A stretch of DNA of 42,705 nt, taken from the NCBI GenBank assembly GCA_018335615.1, contig JAGXRS010000463.1:1-42705 (forward strand), given 5' to 3'. Every line of letters starts with the position of its first letter. The stretch's first letter is position 1. Under the pieces are notes generated by a model. It was not told the DNA's origin, searched no databases, and saw only the letters and a program-made list of their open reading frames with translations. A program made the translations under genes and the position numbers. Of the stretch, positions 27,554 to 36,982 are shown piece after piece. The stretch comes from Hydrogenophaga sp. GTDB taxonomy: Bacteria; Pseudomonadota; Gammaproteobacteria; Burkholderiales; Burkholderiaceae_C.

Positions 27554-29790
27554 CTACTCCTTCCTTTCGACGTTTTGATGGAGCCTTTCGCGGTGATCGA
27601 GACGGCATCGCCGACCGCGATGCGCGTCAAGCGCCGGGCCGTGGCCTGGTCGATGGGCATAACCATGACCTCATCACCTCGTTTCAAGAGGGCCAGCGCC
27701 TGGCCCTCGATAGTCCTGGTGCCCTGGAACGTGAGCGCACCATCACCGGCAGTATATCGGGAATGCTTCGGTATATCGAAACCTTTTAGGCGCTTTGCCT
27801 CGCGTTCGGCGATGTACTTGTCGGCGGCGGCGACGCCCGGCGGCGTCTGGCCTACTCCTGTTCCTGGCCGAGAAATTCCCCGTCGCAGTGCGTGATCTGG
27901 TTGGGTTCCTTGCTGCTCCACGTGACGAGGAACATCACGCGGCAATAGCACTTCACTTCCGCCGGCGATGCGAACCACACCGAGTTCGGACAGTGCTCGC
28001 AAACGGTGCTGGCTTTGGGGCGGCGGTTTTCTTCCAAGGCGTCCAACGTCGGGCTTCCGGTGGACGGTGGCGGCGTGAAGGCCGGCGTCGGCGCGGTCGC
28101 CTCGGCCGGCGGCTGGCCGGCCGTCGCCTGCTCGGGCGACGGCTGCGGCTCCGGTAGCGTGCTGGTCGGCAGCGGGCCGCTGTCCAGGGCCGCCAGCGCC
28201 GCGTCCAGTTCGTCCTCGATGCTCTGGTCTTTCGGTTCGCTCATGGGTGTTCTCCTTGTTCAAAAGCGCCTGCCGCCGGCTCTCAAGAGCCGGATCGGTG
28301 AAGGTGATGGGTAGCTGGGAATCGACGGCGGCGCGGATCATCTGCGCCTTGAACTCCACCGTGCCGTTGACGGTGATGCGGTTGCCGTAGCGTTGCATCG
28401 CCAGGCGCAGGGCTTCTTGCAGCCCTTCGCGCGTGGCCTCGCGGGAGACTTGCAGGCGGTCACCGTCATCGCGCACGGCGCTCATGCCGGCGCGGAAGAT
28501 GATCGTCCCCTTCTTCGTGATGTTGTCCACCGCCGGCGCGTGGCCGGGCTTCGCCTGGCCCTCGCCCCGGATGGTGTTGCCCTTGAGGCCCTGGGCCGCC
28601 TCGCGGGCGCGCAGGGCGGCCAGGGCGTCGGCGCCGCCGTGCTGCGCCTCCTTCTTGAGCCAGTCGGCCCACGTGCGCCGGCTGTGCTCGGCGTAGAGGG
28701 CCGTGCGCTCCTGCTGGAACTGCTTGTTGATCGCCTGGAGTTCGCTGCGCAGGGCCTTGCTCGCCTGGGCGTACAGCAGCTTCTTGTTCGCGCGGCCCTC
28801 GCCGACCACCTTAATCGTGGCGCGGCGCAGGCGGTTCGACCTCTTGGCCGCCTCGATCAGCCGATCCTTGCGATGCCGGGCGCGCTCCAGGGCCTGGGCG
28901 CGCGCCGTGGTCAAGCTCTGCTGCTCGGCCTTGTACTTCGCGTACAGCTCCACGGTGTTGACGCGAAGGCGGATGGGGTCTTTGCGGTACTGCCGCTTCG
29001 CGGTGGTTTGCGCCTGCCGTTCGGGCGAAGCCTCGAACGGGCCAAGCCGCGCCTCCAGGCTCGGCTTGGAAAGGTCGCGGGCTACTGTGCTCGCCTTCAC
29101 CATCGTTCCGTCGCCGGCCTCGAACACGAGGCCATTGGCGCGGACGCGCAGCTCCATTCCGTTGTCCCGCATGACCTGGTGCAGTTCCTGCCAGGACTGC
29201 GCGCCCTTGATCTCGTCCAGGCACTCGCGCTTGATCCAGCCGACCAGGCTTTCAACGCCGGCATGCCGCTCCATGTCGGCGGCCCGGCCCTCCGCGCCGC
29301 GCTTGCGCGGCTCGTGGTTGTCGCGCTCCAGGCCGTAGTCGCGCTCCAGGGCCGTGCAGAGTTCCGCCAGCGCCCGGTGCGGGTAGTACGGCTCGTGCAT
29401 CGTGTGCCGCGTCGGGTGAATCTTGTTGATGGCGATGTGGATGTGCAGGTTGTCGGTGTCGTTGTGGACGGCACTGATTCGCTGATGCTCGCCATAACCC
29501 AGCCCGACGCAGATGCGTTCCTCAATCGCGCGCAAGGTGTCGGCGCTGGGCTGCTCGCCGGCCCGGAAGCTGACGATCAGGTGGTAGGTCTTGTCGCCCT
29601 TCGCGCGGGTGTTCGTGTGCTGGGTCGCCAGCACCTCCGTGATGGCGTCCTGGATGGAACCGGCTTCGCAGTTCGTCGCCTGCACGTGGCCCAGCCGGTG
29701 GTCTTTGCTTTGGGCGTCGGTGATGTAGTTCGCCAGGCCCGCGAAGTCGCTCTTGCCAAGCGAGCGCATCGGCACGTGCTTGGCGATCAT
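27550..29790 (-). CDS. traI: TraI relaxase (MOBP)
   Basis: LANYI (catalytic Tyr), TYHLIVSF, HNDTDNLHIHIAIN. Confidence 0.96.
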   Translation of the reverse strand: MIAKHVPMRSLGKSDFAGLANYITDAQSKDHRLGHVQATNCEAGSIQDAITEVLATQHTNTRAKGDKTYHLIVSFRAGEQPSADTLRAIEERICVGLGYGEHQRISAVHNDTDNLHIHIAINKIHPTRHTMHEPYYPHRALAELCTALERDYGLERDNHEPRKRGAEGRAADMERHAGVESLVGWIKRECLDEIKGAQSWQELHQVMRDNGMELRVRANGLVFEAGDGTMVKASTVARDLSKPSLEARLGPFEASPERQAQTTAKRQYRKDPIRLRVNTVELYAKYKAEQQSLTTARAQALERARHRKDRLIEAAKRSNRLRRATIKVVGEGRANKKLLYAQASKALRSELQAINKQFQQERTALYAEHSRRTWADWLKKEAQHGGADALAALRAREAAQGLKGNTIRGEGQAKPGHAPAVDNITKKGTIIFRAGMSAVRDDGDRLQVSREATREGLQEALRLAMQRYGNRITVNGTVEFKAQMIRAAVDSQLPITFTDPALESRRQALLNKENTHERTERPEHRGRTGRGAGGPGQRPAADQHATGAAAVARAGDGRPAAGRGDRADAGLHAATVHRKPDVGRLGRKPPPQSQHRLRALSELGVVRIAGGSEVLLPRDVPRHVEQQGTQPDHALRRGISRPGTGVGQTPPGVAAADKYIAEREAKRLKGFDIPKHSRYTAGDGALTFQGTRTIEGQALALLKRGDEVMVMPIDQATARRLTRIAVGDAVSITAKGSIKTSKGRSR
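27750..27777. promoter_or_regulatory. Two TrbA boxes in the traG promoter region (inside traI 3' end)
   Basis: CAGTATATC (27750) and CGGTATATC (27769) in a locally AT-richer stretch. Confidence 0.6.
27852..28244 (-). CDS. traH: TraH relaxosome accessory protein, nested in traI in another frame
   Basis: AAGGAG RBS; CEHCPNSVWF..CYCRVM..CDG; known overlap in IncP-1. Confidence 0.88.
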   Translation of the reverse strand: MSEPKDQSIEDELDAALAALDSGPLPTSTLPEPQPSPEQATAGQPPAEATAPTPAFTPPPSTGSPTLDALEENRRPKASTVCEHCPNSVWFASPAEVKCYCRVMFLVTWSSKEPNQITHCDGEFLGQEQE

Positions 29791-29807
29791 GGCCGCCCCT
29801 CCGGCTT

Positions 29808-29820
29808 TTTAGCCGCTAAA
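29808..29820. promoter_or_regulatory. KorB operator between traJ and traI
   Basis: TTTAGCCGCTAAA. Confidence 0.88.
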
Positions 29821-29824
29821 GAAG

Positions 29825-30199
29825 TCAAGGCTCGGCCCTCGGCTGAACCACGGCCTTCATGATCCGGCTCATTTCGTCCTGGGTGGCCTCGATCCGGCCC
29901 AGCAGGGCCAGGATGGTCGCCTCGCCGAACTGGAGCGTTCGCACGTCATCGGTCAGCCAGAGCTTGAGCAGGCCGCCAAGGCGGCCAAGGTCGCCGTTGA
30001 CGCGCACCAGCTCGCGCACGTGCTGGTAGTCCATGACGCCCTTGATCTGGTAGCCCTGGCCCACGTCGCGCAGATAGCGCGCCACGCTGACGCCCGCCCT
30101 CTTGGCGTTCGCCTCGATCTCGTCTTTCTCTTCGGGGAACACCGGCACCCGCAGGTGCTGCCGCCGCCGGCGGCCGTGTTCCTTTTCGTCGTTCTCCAT
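29825..30199 (-). CDS. traJ: TraJ oriT-binding protein (RHH)
   Basis: HLRVPV..EEK..IE..A..AG.SVARYLR, NGDLGRLGGLLKLWL. Confidence 0.94.
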   Translation of the reverse strand: MENDEKEHGRRRRQHLRVPVFPEEKDEIEANAKRAGVSVARYLRDVGQGYQIKGVMDYQHVRELVRVNGDLGRLGGLLKLWLTDDVRTLQFGEATILALLGRIEATQDEMSRIMKAVVQPRAEP

Positions 30200-30274
30200 G
30201 CCTCGCCTCGTCTCTCATGCCGGCGGTAGCCGGCTGCCTCGCAGAGCAGGATGACCCGTTGAGCGCCCCCGGCG

Positions 30275-30380
30275 CGAATAAGGGACAGTGAAGATAGATA
30301 ACCGGCTCGCCGGTTAGCTAACTTCACACATCCTGCCCGCCTTACGGCGTTAATAACACCAAGGAAAGTCTACACCAGCC
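30275..30380 (+). other. oriT: oriT: inverted repeat 30288-30327 and nic site ATCCTG^C (30335/30336)
   Basis: GTGAAGATAGATAACCGGC-TC-GCCGGTTAGCTAACTTCAC-ACATCCTGCCCG, R751-type, between divergent traJ and traK. Confidence 0.93.
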
Positions 30381-30572
30381 ATTACGATTTATCCGCAACT
30401 ATCGCGCTATCAGGCCGCAAAAGCAGCAACGGATATAGCGAAAACCGCCACAATGGCCCATAATGCCGCTATCGAAGCGTGCCAATGCACGCCGATAGCG
30501 GACTTTTTGCGTTTCCGTAGCGCCGCTTAGTAGCGTTACATTTGCGATGAGAGGATTAGATGGACGAACACG

Positions 30573-30971
30573 ATGCCAAAGACCTACCCCGAAGAGCTGG
30601 CTGAATGGGTGAAGGGACGGGAAGCCAAGAAGCCGCGCCAGGACAAGCACGTGGTCGCGTTCCTGGCCGTCAAGAGCGACGTTCAAGCGGCGCTCGATGC
30701 GGGCTATGCGATGAAAACGATCTGGGAGCACATGAAGGAAACCGGCCGGCTGCGCTGTCGGTACGAAACCTTCACCCAGCACGTGAAGCGGTACATCAAG
30801 GCCGCGCCGGTAGCTTCCCCGCCGCCTCCCGCCACTCCCCCGGACAGCCAGCCCAAGGGCGCGAAGCCCGAGCCGAAGGCCGCCCCGCCGGCCTCGGAAT
30901 CCAAGAGTGAGCCGCCCAAGATCGGCGGCTTCACGTTTGATGCGACTCCAAAGAAAGAGGATTTACTGTAA
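30573..30971 (+). CDS. traK: TraK oriT-binding protein
   Basis: VAFLAVKSDVQAALDAGY, C-terminal FTFDATPKKEDLL. Confidence 0.92.
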   Translation: MPKTYPEELAEWVKGREAKKPRQDKHVVAFLAVKSDVQAALDAGYAMKTIWEHMKETGRLRCRYETFTQHVKRYIKAAPVASPPPPATPPDSQPKGAKPEPKAAPPASESKSEPPKIGGFTFDATPKKEDLL

Positions 30972-31696
30972 TGGCGAAAATTCACATGGTTCTGCAAGGC
31001 AAGGGCGGCGTCGGCAAGTCGATGATCGCGGCCACCATCGCGCAGTACAAAGCCGGCAAGGGACAGAAGCCGCTTTGCATCGACACCGATCCGGTGAACG
31101 CGACGTTCGAGGGCTACAAAGCCCTCAACGTGCGCCGGCTCAACATCATGGACGGCGACGAGATCAACACCCGGAATTTCGACGCCCTGGTCGAGATGAT
31201 CGCGTCGGCCGAGGGCGACGTCATCATCGACAACGGGGCCAGCTCGTTCGTGCCGCTGTCGCACTACCTCATCAGCAACCAGGTGCCGGCGCTGCTCCAG
31301 GACATGGGCCACGAACTCGTGGTGCATACGGTCGTCACCGGCGGCCAGGCCCTGGTGGACACGGTGAGCGGCTTCGCCCAGCTCGCCAGCCAGTTCCCGG
31401 CCGAATGCCTGTTCGTGGTCTGGCTGAACCCGTATTGGGGGCCAATCGAGCACGAGGGCAAGGGGTTCGAGCAGTTGAAGGCGTACACGACCAACAAGGG
31501 CCGTGTGTCCGCCATCATCCAGATTCCGGCGCTGAAAGAGGAAACCTACGGCCGCGACTTCGCCGAAATGCTCCAGGATCGGCGCACCTTCGATGAGGCC
31601 CTGGCCGATTCGGCGCTCACGATCATGACGCGGCAGCGGCTCAAGATCGTGAAAACCCAGCTCTTCGCCCAGCTCGAAAACGCGGCGGTGCTCTGA
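30971..31696 (+). CDS. traL: TraL P-loop protein
   Basis: QGKGGVGKS, IDTDPVN. Confidence 0.93.
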   Translation: MAKIHMVLQGKGGVGKSMIAATIAQYKAGKGQKPLCIDTDPVNATFEGYKALNVRRLNIMDGDEINTRNFDALVEMIASAEGDVIIDNGASSFVPLSHYLISNQVPALLQDMGHELVVHTVVTGGQALVDTVSGFAQLASQFPAECLFVVWLNPYWGPIEHEGKGFEQLKAYTTNKGRVSAIIQIPALKEETYGRDFAEMLQDRRTFDEALADSALTIMTRQRLKIVKTQLFAQLENAAVL

Positions 31697-32136
31697 TGGC
31701 GGCCGACGACAAGATCGAGGAGCTGATACGGGAGATCGCGGCCAAGCACGGCATCGCCGTGGGCCGCGACGATCCGATCTTGATCCTCCAGACCATCAAC
31801 ATGAAGCTGATGCAGGACAGCGCATCGGCCCAGCAGGAAATCTTGGACGCCTTCAAGTCGGAACTGGAGTCCATCGCCCACCGATGGGGTGATGACGCCA
31901 AGGGAAAGGCGGAAAGGACGCTCAACGCGGCGTTGGCGGCCAGCAAGGACGCCATGACGCGGGGAATGCAGGAGGGCGCGAAGGCGGCCGCCGAGGCCGT
32001 GCGGCGTGAGGTTGAGGCGGTGACGGCGCAGCTCGTCGCGCCGATCCGCGAGGCGCGGCGCGTCGCCATGATGAACATGGTCGCGGCCGGCATGGCGGTC
32101 GTGGCCGCCGGCCTGGCCCTGTGGGCCTCGCTGTAG
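31696..32136 (+). CDS. traM: TraM
   Basis: IAAKHGIAVGRDDPILIL, C-terminal TM. Confidence 0.92.
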   Translation: MAADDKIEELIREIAAKHGIAVGRDDPILILQTINMKLMQDSASAQQEILDAFKSELESIAHRWGDDAKGKAERTLNAALAASKDAMTRGMQEGAKAAAEAVRREVEAVTAQLVAPIREARRVAMMNMVAAGMAVVAAGLALWASL

Positions 32137-32301
32137 ATGGCGATGCGGGATCTCATCGTCAGAACTGGCGATGGTCGACCGCGCCGGCGGCATCGCCAGG
32201 TTCGGCGATGCTGGCCAGCTCCCGGCATCGTCGCTTGTGACGATGCTGCAGGATGATTCCACCAGGCCCTCGGCGGGCCTCCCTCGCCAGAAATGGCGAT
32301 G
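32126..32301. repeat. Array C: five 20-bp palindromic repeats (32126, 32154, 32191, 32226, 32282)
   Basis: Units followed by CGGGATCT, GTCGAC, CTGGCCA, CTGCAG, CTCGAG; the first overlaps the traM stop. Confidence 0.9.
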
Positions 32302-32307
32302 CTCGAG

Positions 32308-32340
32308 AAAAAAGCCCGGCGACCGCCGGGCTTCGTTTTT
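32308..32340. terminator. Bidirectional terminator between traM and kfrC
   Basis: A6-GCCCGGC-GACC-GCCGGGC-TTCGTTTTT. Confidence 0.8.
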
Positions 32341-32992
32341 ATGCGGGCCTGGCTGACAGGCCCAAGGACTGCGATCTCCCTGGCCGCTCCTGGGCCTGGG
32401 ATTGCTTGCGCTCCTGCTCCTGCTTGCGCATCAGCAGCTCATGCCGGCGGGCGGCCTCGCGCATGGCATCCCAATCGGAAGCCAGCTCGGGGTTCTCGGC
32501 GCGCATCTTGCGCGTCGCCAGCTCTTCGATCTTCGGCGAGTGCAGGCCCATGCCTTCCTTGATCTCGCGGACGGCCTCCAGGCGCGCGTGAAGCGTCTGC
32601 AAGCGGGCCTGCTGCTGCGCCTGCTGGTTCTGCCAGGCTCGCTTAGAGCCGGGCAAGGAAAGCCGGCCAGGCGCGGACGCCTGGGTCTGCTGCAAACGGG
32701 CCTGCTGCCGGTCGATCAGGTTTTCTAGCCTGTCCTCGATGTGCTCCACCTGGTCGTGCTTGGCCTGCACGTAGAGCGCCAGGGTTTCGGGGTAGGACTG
32801 CTCGACCGGGGCCGCCTCTAGGGTGGCCTGCTGCTCGATCTCGGCCGCCTGGGCGGCCTCCAGCAAGTCGGCTCCGGTGTCCTCGCGCGAAGCGCCGAAG
32901 GCGGCACCGCCGAGGGTGGCCGGCGCGCTGACGCGGGCCGGCTTGGTGGCGCGGCTCTCGGTGCCGCTGCCGGGGATGGTGAGTCGTTTCAA
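32339..32992 (-). CDS. kfrC: KfrC (Upf54.4/TraN)
   Basis: 217-aa helical protein, TTG start with AGGAGG RBS; synteny. Confidence 0.82.
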   Translation of the reverse strand: MKRLTIPGSGTESRATKPARVSAPATLGGAAFGASREDTGADLLEAAQAAEIEQQATLEAAPVEQSYPETLALYVQAKHDQVEHIEDRLENLIDRQQARLQQTQASAPGRLSLPGSKRAWQNQQAQQQARLQTLHARLEAVREIKEGMGLHSPKIEELATRKMRAENPELASDWDAMREAARRHELLMRKQEQERKQSQAQERPGRSQSLGLSARPA

Positions 32993-33006
32993 GGGCGTGC
33001 CTCCTT

Positions 33007-33019
33007 TTTAGCCGCTAAA
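33007..33019. promoter_or_regulatory. KorB operator between kfrB and kfrC
   Basis: TTTAGCCGCTAAA. Confidence 0.88.
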
Positions 33020-33020
33020 G

Positions 33021-33368
33021 CTACATGGAGCGCCCCCGCGTCAGTTTCGGGGCCTCTGCGGCGACTGCCGCCTTGCCCTGGGCGTTGTAGCTGATGCTCT
33101 TTGCGCTCCCAATTTCAGGTACTTTATCGAAATCTGACCGAGCGTGCATGACAAAGTTCTTGCCGATCTGCTGGTACACGTTGGTGGCGTCGGCATGAAC
33201 GATCACGCCGGCGTGGGTCTGCTTCTTGTCGGCCGCTTGGGCCGTGTACAGGTTGTAGATGCCGGGCTTCAACGCGCCCGCCTTGTCTACTTTCTGATTC
33301 GTCCAAGCGCCGTCCTTTTCGGCCTGAACGATGCGTTGACCGTTCATGACCAAGAGGCGTTCTTTCAT
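33021..33368 (-). CDS. kfrB: KfrB (Upf54.8/TraO)
   Basis: MKERLLVMNGQRIVQ, KAGALKPGIYNLY. Confidence 0.88.
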   Translation of the reverse strand: MKERLLVMNGQRIVQAEKDGAWTNQKVDKAGALKPGIYNLYTAQAADKKQTHAGVIVHADATNVYQQIGKNFVMHARSDFDKVPEIGSAKSISYNAQGKAAVAAEAPKLTRGRSM

Positions 33369-33436
33369 CGGGCACTCCTATGGTTGCCGTAGTTCTCAAA
33401 AGGGTGATGGTGGCCCCATGCAAGCCGCGCTCCAAC

Positions 33437-33469
33437 AAAAAAGCCGACCTCGGCAAAGCGAGGCCGGCT
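33437..33469 (-). terminator. Terminator-like hairpin between kfrA and kfrB
   Basis: A6-GCCGACCTCG-loop-CGAGGCCGGC. Confidence 0.6.
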
Positions 33470-33538
33470 CTTCCCAGCGGCCGGGTTGTGCGTTTTGTCA
33501 GGGTTCCAGGGTAATTTTAAGGAAAACCAACCGATTTA

Positions 33539-34570
33539 TCAGGTCTTTTTGCGTCCGCCGCTGGTCGGATCGGCCGCCCGGCCTTGCGCCATGACGGTTT
33601 CCAGGGCCTCCAGCCGGCCGCGAAGCCCGGCCGCTTCCTCGCGGGCCTGGGCAGCGTCGCGCTTCGCCTGGTCGCGCTCGCCCTGGGCGGCGGTCAGCCG
33701 CTCGGCCTGGCGGTGTGCCTCGGCCGCCATCGCCTTGCGCTGCTCCTGGTGGGCCTGCTCGGCCGCCTCGGCCTTGGCCTGCACCTTCACCAGCTCCGCG
33801 CGCACCTGGTCGCGCTCGGCGGCGGCCGCCTCGGTGGCCTTCCGCTGCTCGGCCTGAGCGGCGCGCGCCTGGTCGGTCGCCTGGTTCGCCCGCTCCAGGT
33901 CGGCACGCAGCTCGCCGGCGCGGCGCTCGATCTCGGCGGTACGGCTGTTCGCGGCCGCGAGGTCGGCCCGCAGGGCCTCCACCTGGTCGGCGCTGGCCGT
34001 GGCCCTCTCCTGGGCCTTGTCGCGCTCTGCGCGCGCCTGGCGGGCTTCCTGATGGGCGTGATCCAGCTCCGTGCGCAGCTCGCCGGCCCTGGCCTCGGCC
34101 GTGGCCGCGCGCTCGCTGGTCGCCGCGAGCTTGCCGCGCAGCTCGTCGGCCTCGCCCTTGGCGGCCGCCTCGACGGCCTCCAGGGCCGCGATGCGGGCCT
34201 TGGCCTCGTCCAGCTCGCCGGTGAGCTGGTCGGCCAGCTCTGCGGCTTCCTGGCGCGCTGCTTCCGTCTCCTGGCGCACGGCCTCCAGCGCCTCGCGCTC
34301 GGCGGCCAGGCGGTTGTTCGCCATTTCCAGCGCCACGGCCCACAAGTCGCCGCCCAGCTCGGCCAGCTTGTCAGTGATCGCCTGCGGTGCCGGCTCGCGG
34401 ATCGGGGCGGCCTGGCTGGCCTTGCGTGCGCGCCACTCGTTCATCGCCTCGCTGATGGTGGTGAAGCTGCCGCTGCCGAGCTGCTTGCGCACGTTCGCCA
34501 GCGTGGGGTTCTGGCCGGCCGCGTCCAGTTCGTCGGCCACCGCAAATATCTGCTCCTTCGAGATCGCCAT
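33539..34570 (-). CDS. kfrA: KfrA coiled-coil DNA-binding protein (343 aa)
   Basis: N-terminal PTLANVRKQLGSGSFTTI, long Ala/Glu coiled coil; AGGAGG RBS. Confidence 0.93.
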   Translation of the reverse strand: MAISKEQIFAVADELDAAGQNPTLANVRKQLGSGSFTTISEAMNEWRARKASQAAPIREPAPQAITDKLAELGGDLWAVALEMANNRLAAEREALEAVRQETEAARQEAAELADQLTGELDEAKARIAALEAVEAAAKGEADELRGKLAATSERAATAEARAGELRTELDHAHQEARQARAERDKAQERATASADQVEALRADLAAANSRTAEIERRAGELRADLERANQATDQARAAQAEQRKATEAAAAERDQVRAELVKVQAKAEAAEQAHQEQRKAMAAEAHRQAERLTAAQGERDQAKRDAAQAREEAAGLRGRLEALETVMAQGRAADPTSGGRKKT

Positions 34571-34589
34571 GTCGGGCCTCCTTTGGCCG

Positions 34590-34669
34590 GTTGTATGTTG
34601 TAGCGTGAAGCATACTACAACATACAACACTACGCAAGCGGTTTAGCTGAACTTTTTTTAGCGGCTAAA
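34590..34669. promoter_or_regulatory. kfrA control region: probable KfrA operator, degenerate KorA operator (34641-34652), KorB operator (34657-34669)
   Basis: Perfect 14-bp inverted repeat GTTGTATGTTGTAG-N11-CTACAACATACAAC; GTTTAGCTGAAC; TTTAGCGGCTAAA. Confidence 0.8.
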
Positions 34670-34677
34670 ACGCGGGC

Positions 34678-34704
34678 AAAAAAAGCCCCGCTCGATGGCG
34701 GGGC
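34678..34704 (-). terminator. Terminator after korB
   Basis: A7-GCCCCGC-loop-GCGGGGC. Confidence 0.75.
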
Positions 34705-34748
34705 GATGGGTGGGGGTCGGTGGTCGGCGATGCCCGGCGCTGGGCGTG

Positions 34749-35798
34749 TCAGCCCTCCAGCAGCGCGACAAGCTGCACGGTGCCAAGGTCGGCCTCGAAC
34801 TCCTGGCCGTCATCCTCGTATTTGAGCCAGGCCCAGCCCTCGGCCGGGGGCCGGCGGTTGAGGATCAGCCGTGCCGGCCGGTCGTCGTGCTTGACCTGGA
34901 TGATGGCCTTCTTGAGCTTGTCGGGGTCGGCCTCCTTCGGCTCCTTCTTCCCCTTGGCGTCATCATCCTGCGGCCCCTGCTCGCCGTCGCCGGCCTCGGC
35001 GTCGGTCTTGCCGGTCAGCGCATCGACGGTGTTGGGATCACGGTCGCCGTCCTCGTGACTGCGCTTGTCCTCCAGGAACTCGCGCAGCAGCTTCACCGAG
35101 CCGCGCGTCAGCTCCTGGCTGTCGTCGGCCAGCCAGGCGGCCACCTCGTCGGGGTTCTTCTTGTAGGCCGTCACCAGCTCGTTGATGACAGTCACGTCCT
35201 TGCCCCGGCCGCTATTGAACGCCTCGGCAATGGGTTCGGGCAAGTCCAGCAGCGTGACGTGCTGCGTGACGAAGGCCGGCGACTTGCCGATCTCCTTGGC
35301 GATCTCGCCCTTCTTCTTGCCCTTCGCCAGCTCGCGGCCGATGAAGTCGGCGATCTCACGCGCCGTCAGCTCGTTGCGTTGCAGGTTCTCGATAACCTGG
35401 TCGGCCTCGTTGTAGTCGTTGTCGATGAAGGCCGGGATCGTGGTCTTGTGCGCCCACTTCGAGCCGCGATAGCGCCGCGCGCCGTGGTTGATGAGGTAGC
35501 GCCCCGGTGCGTCCGGGTTCTCGCGCACGCTGATGGGCGACTTCACGCCGCGCGCTTTGATCGTCTCGCCGATCTCCGCGATGCTCTCCGGCGAGAAGCC
35601 GGGGTTGTCGGCCGTGCGCGGCTGGTGCGGGTCTTCGTCGATCAGGTCAAGCGGCAGCTCCTGCGGGCCTGCGCCGCCGGCGTTGGCCGCCGGCTGCTCG
35701 TTCAGCAGGCCGGCCAGGTCGCCCAGCCCGTCCAGGCCCAGCCCGGACGATTGCGGCTTGTCCTGCTCCTTCTTCTTGGCGTTGGTCTTGGCGCTCAT
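34749..35798 (-). CDS. korB: KorB ParB-family partition protein/global repressor (349 aa)
   Basis: DPHQPR, NHGARRYR, IENLQR, HTH, SH3-like C-terminal domain. Confidence 0.96.
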   Translation of the reverse strand: MSAKTNAKKKEQDKPQSSGLGLDGLGDLAGLLNEQPAANAGGAGPQELPLDLIDEDPHQPRTADNPGFSPESIAEIGETIKARGVKSPISVRENPDAPGRYLINHGARRYRGSKWAHKTTIPAFIDNDYNEADQVIENLQRNELTAREIADFIGRELAKGKKKGEIAKEIGKSPAFVTQHVTLLDLPEPIAEAFNSGRGKDVTVINELVTAYKKNPDEVAAWLADDSQELTRGSVKLLREFLEDKRSHEDGDRDPNTVDALTGKTDAEAGDGEQGPQDDDAKGKKEPKEADPDKLKKAIIQVKHDDRPARLILNRRPPAEGWAWLKYEDDGQEFEADLGTVQLVALLEG

Positions 35799-36877
35799 TG
35801 CGCGATCTCCATCTTCGTGAACACGTAATCCGCCAGCGCACGCACCTCCTGGGTGGCCTTCCGCGCGGCGGTCTTCTTGATCTTCCACACCGGCATCTGC
35901 TCGCCCAGCGCCTCGGCGATGCTGTCACGCGCGCCGATGCTGAACGGCAAGATGAGCTGCGGGTATGCCTGCTGCAACGTCGCCAGGTTGTTGACGTGGC
36001 GCGGCTTCCGCGCGTCCACCTTGTTCGGCACCATGCCGAGGAAGCGCAGCTTGGGGTTCTGCTTGCGCAGGTTGCTGATGACCGCGACCATCTTCTTCAT
36101 GCCCTGCAAGCTGTACGCCTCCATTTCGATGGGCGACAGCATGTAGTCGGCCGTCAGCACGGCCGCCGTCATGGCGACGCCAAGGGAGGGGGCCGTGTCG
36201 ATCAGGCACACGTCGAAGAACTCGCCCAGCGCGGCCACACTGGCCCGCAGCGCGGCGGCCGCCTGGGAAAGCTCCATCTTGTCCAGGTTCGCCAGGTTGG
36301 CGTCTGCCGCGATCAGCGCCAGGCCGTCATCCTCCCGGTCAGCGAACCAGGCGCGCAGCTCGTCGCCGCCGGCGGTGAACATGCGACTGGCGGGATAGCC
36401 CGAGTCGTGGCCGGCCAGCGTCCAGCTCGCATTGCCCTGGGTGTCCAGGTCGATCACTGCAACCCGAAGGCCGCGCTCCTGGAAGTCGAACGCCAGGTGG
36501 CAGGTTGCGAACGTCTTGCCTTGACCGCCTTTCTGAATTGCCGTGACCAGTGTTTTCATGAGTTGGGTTCCTGTTTCCTCTTTCCCTTGGCGTCGGCTTC
36601 CCAACGCTTGACGATGAACGCTTGATGCTCCGGCAGTACCGCCGTCACCCGCTCGAAGCCCTGCGGGAGCACTTCCCCCGCCACTGCCCACACGCGGCTG
36701 ACCGCTTGCGATACCGCCCCCTTGGTCAGCCCCAGCGAGGCCACAAACTCGGCCTGGGGCCTTCCATCGACCAGCACGCCGCGCGCTATGTCGATGGTCT
36801 GTTGCCCGATCTCCAGGCCCTTGATCGCCGCCTGGAATTGGGCTTCGGTTAGCCGTTTCTTCATGGAGAACACCCAT
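35795..36877 (-). CDS. incC: IncC1 ParA-family ATPase; IncC2 internal start at 36559
   Basis: QKGGQGKT, IDLDTQGN, IDTAP; N-terminal extension overlaps korA. Confidence 0.93.
   Translation of the reverse strand: MGVLHEETANRSPIPGGDQGPGDRATDHRHSARRAGRWKAPGRVCGLAGADQGGGIASGQPRVGSGGGSAPAGLRAGDGGTAGASSVHRQALGSRRQGKEETGTQLMKTLVTAIQKGGQGKTFATCHLAFDFQERGLRVAVIDLDTQGNASWTLAGHDSGYPASRMFTAGGDELRAWFADREDDGLALIAADANLANLDKMELSQAAAALRASVAALGEFFDVCLIDTAPSLGVAMTAAVLTADYMLSPIEMEAYSLQGMKKMVAVISNLRKQNPKLRFLGMVPNKVDARKPRHVNNLATLQQAYPQLILPFSIGARDSIAEALGEQMPVWKIKKTAARKATQEVRALADYVFTKMEIAQ
36556..36864 (-). CDS. korA: KorA repressor (102 aa), nested in incC1
   Basis: MKKRLTEAQFQ, GLTKGAVSQAVSRVW HTH, LPEHQAFIVKRW. 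Confidence 0.95.
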   Translation of the reverse strand: MKKRLTEAQFQAAIKGLEIGQQTIDIARGVLVDGRPQAEFVASLGLTKGAVSQAVSRVWAVAGEVLPQGFERVTAVLPEHQAFIVKRWEADAKGKRKQEPNS

Positions 36878-36936
36878 ATAAACTCCACACCCGGTTGTTG
36901 AACAAAAGGCGGTGCCAGCCGCCGACCATGTGCAGA

Positions 36937-36982
36937 AGTTTAGCTAAACTCGCCGCCCGCGTCAAGCGTTTTAGCGGCTAAA
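36937..36982 (-). promoter_or_regulatory. korA promoter with KorA (36938-36949) and KorB (36970-36982) operators
   Basis: TTGACG-17-TAAACT; GTTTAGCTAAAC; TTTAGCGGCTAAA. Confidence 0.9.

Noticed and set aside
27852-28244. Nested genes (traH in traI, korA in incC1) as novel overprinting
   Set aside because: Real, but long established for IncP-1 plasmids.
33600-34300. Internal quasi-repeats in kfrA
   Set aside because: Explained by the coiled-coil periodicity of KfrA.
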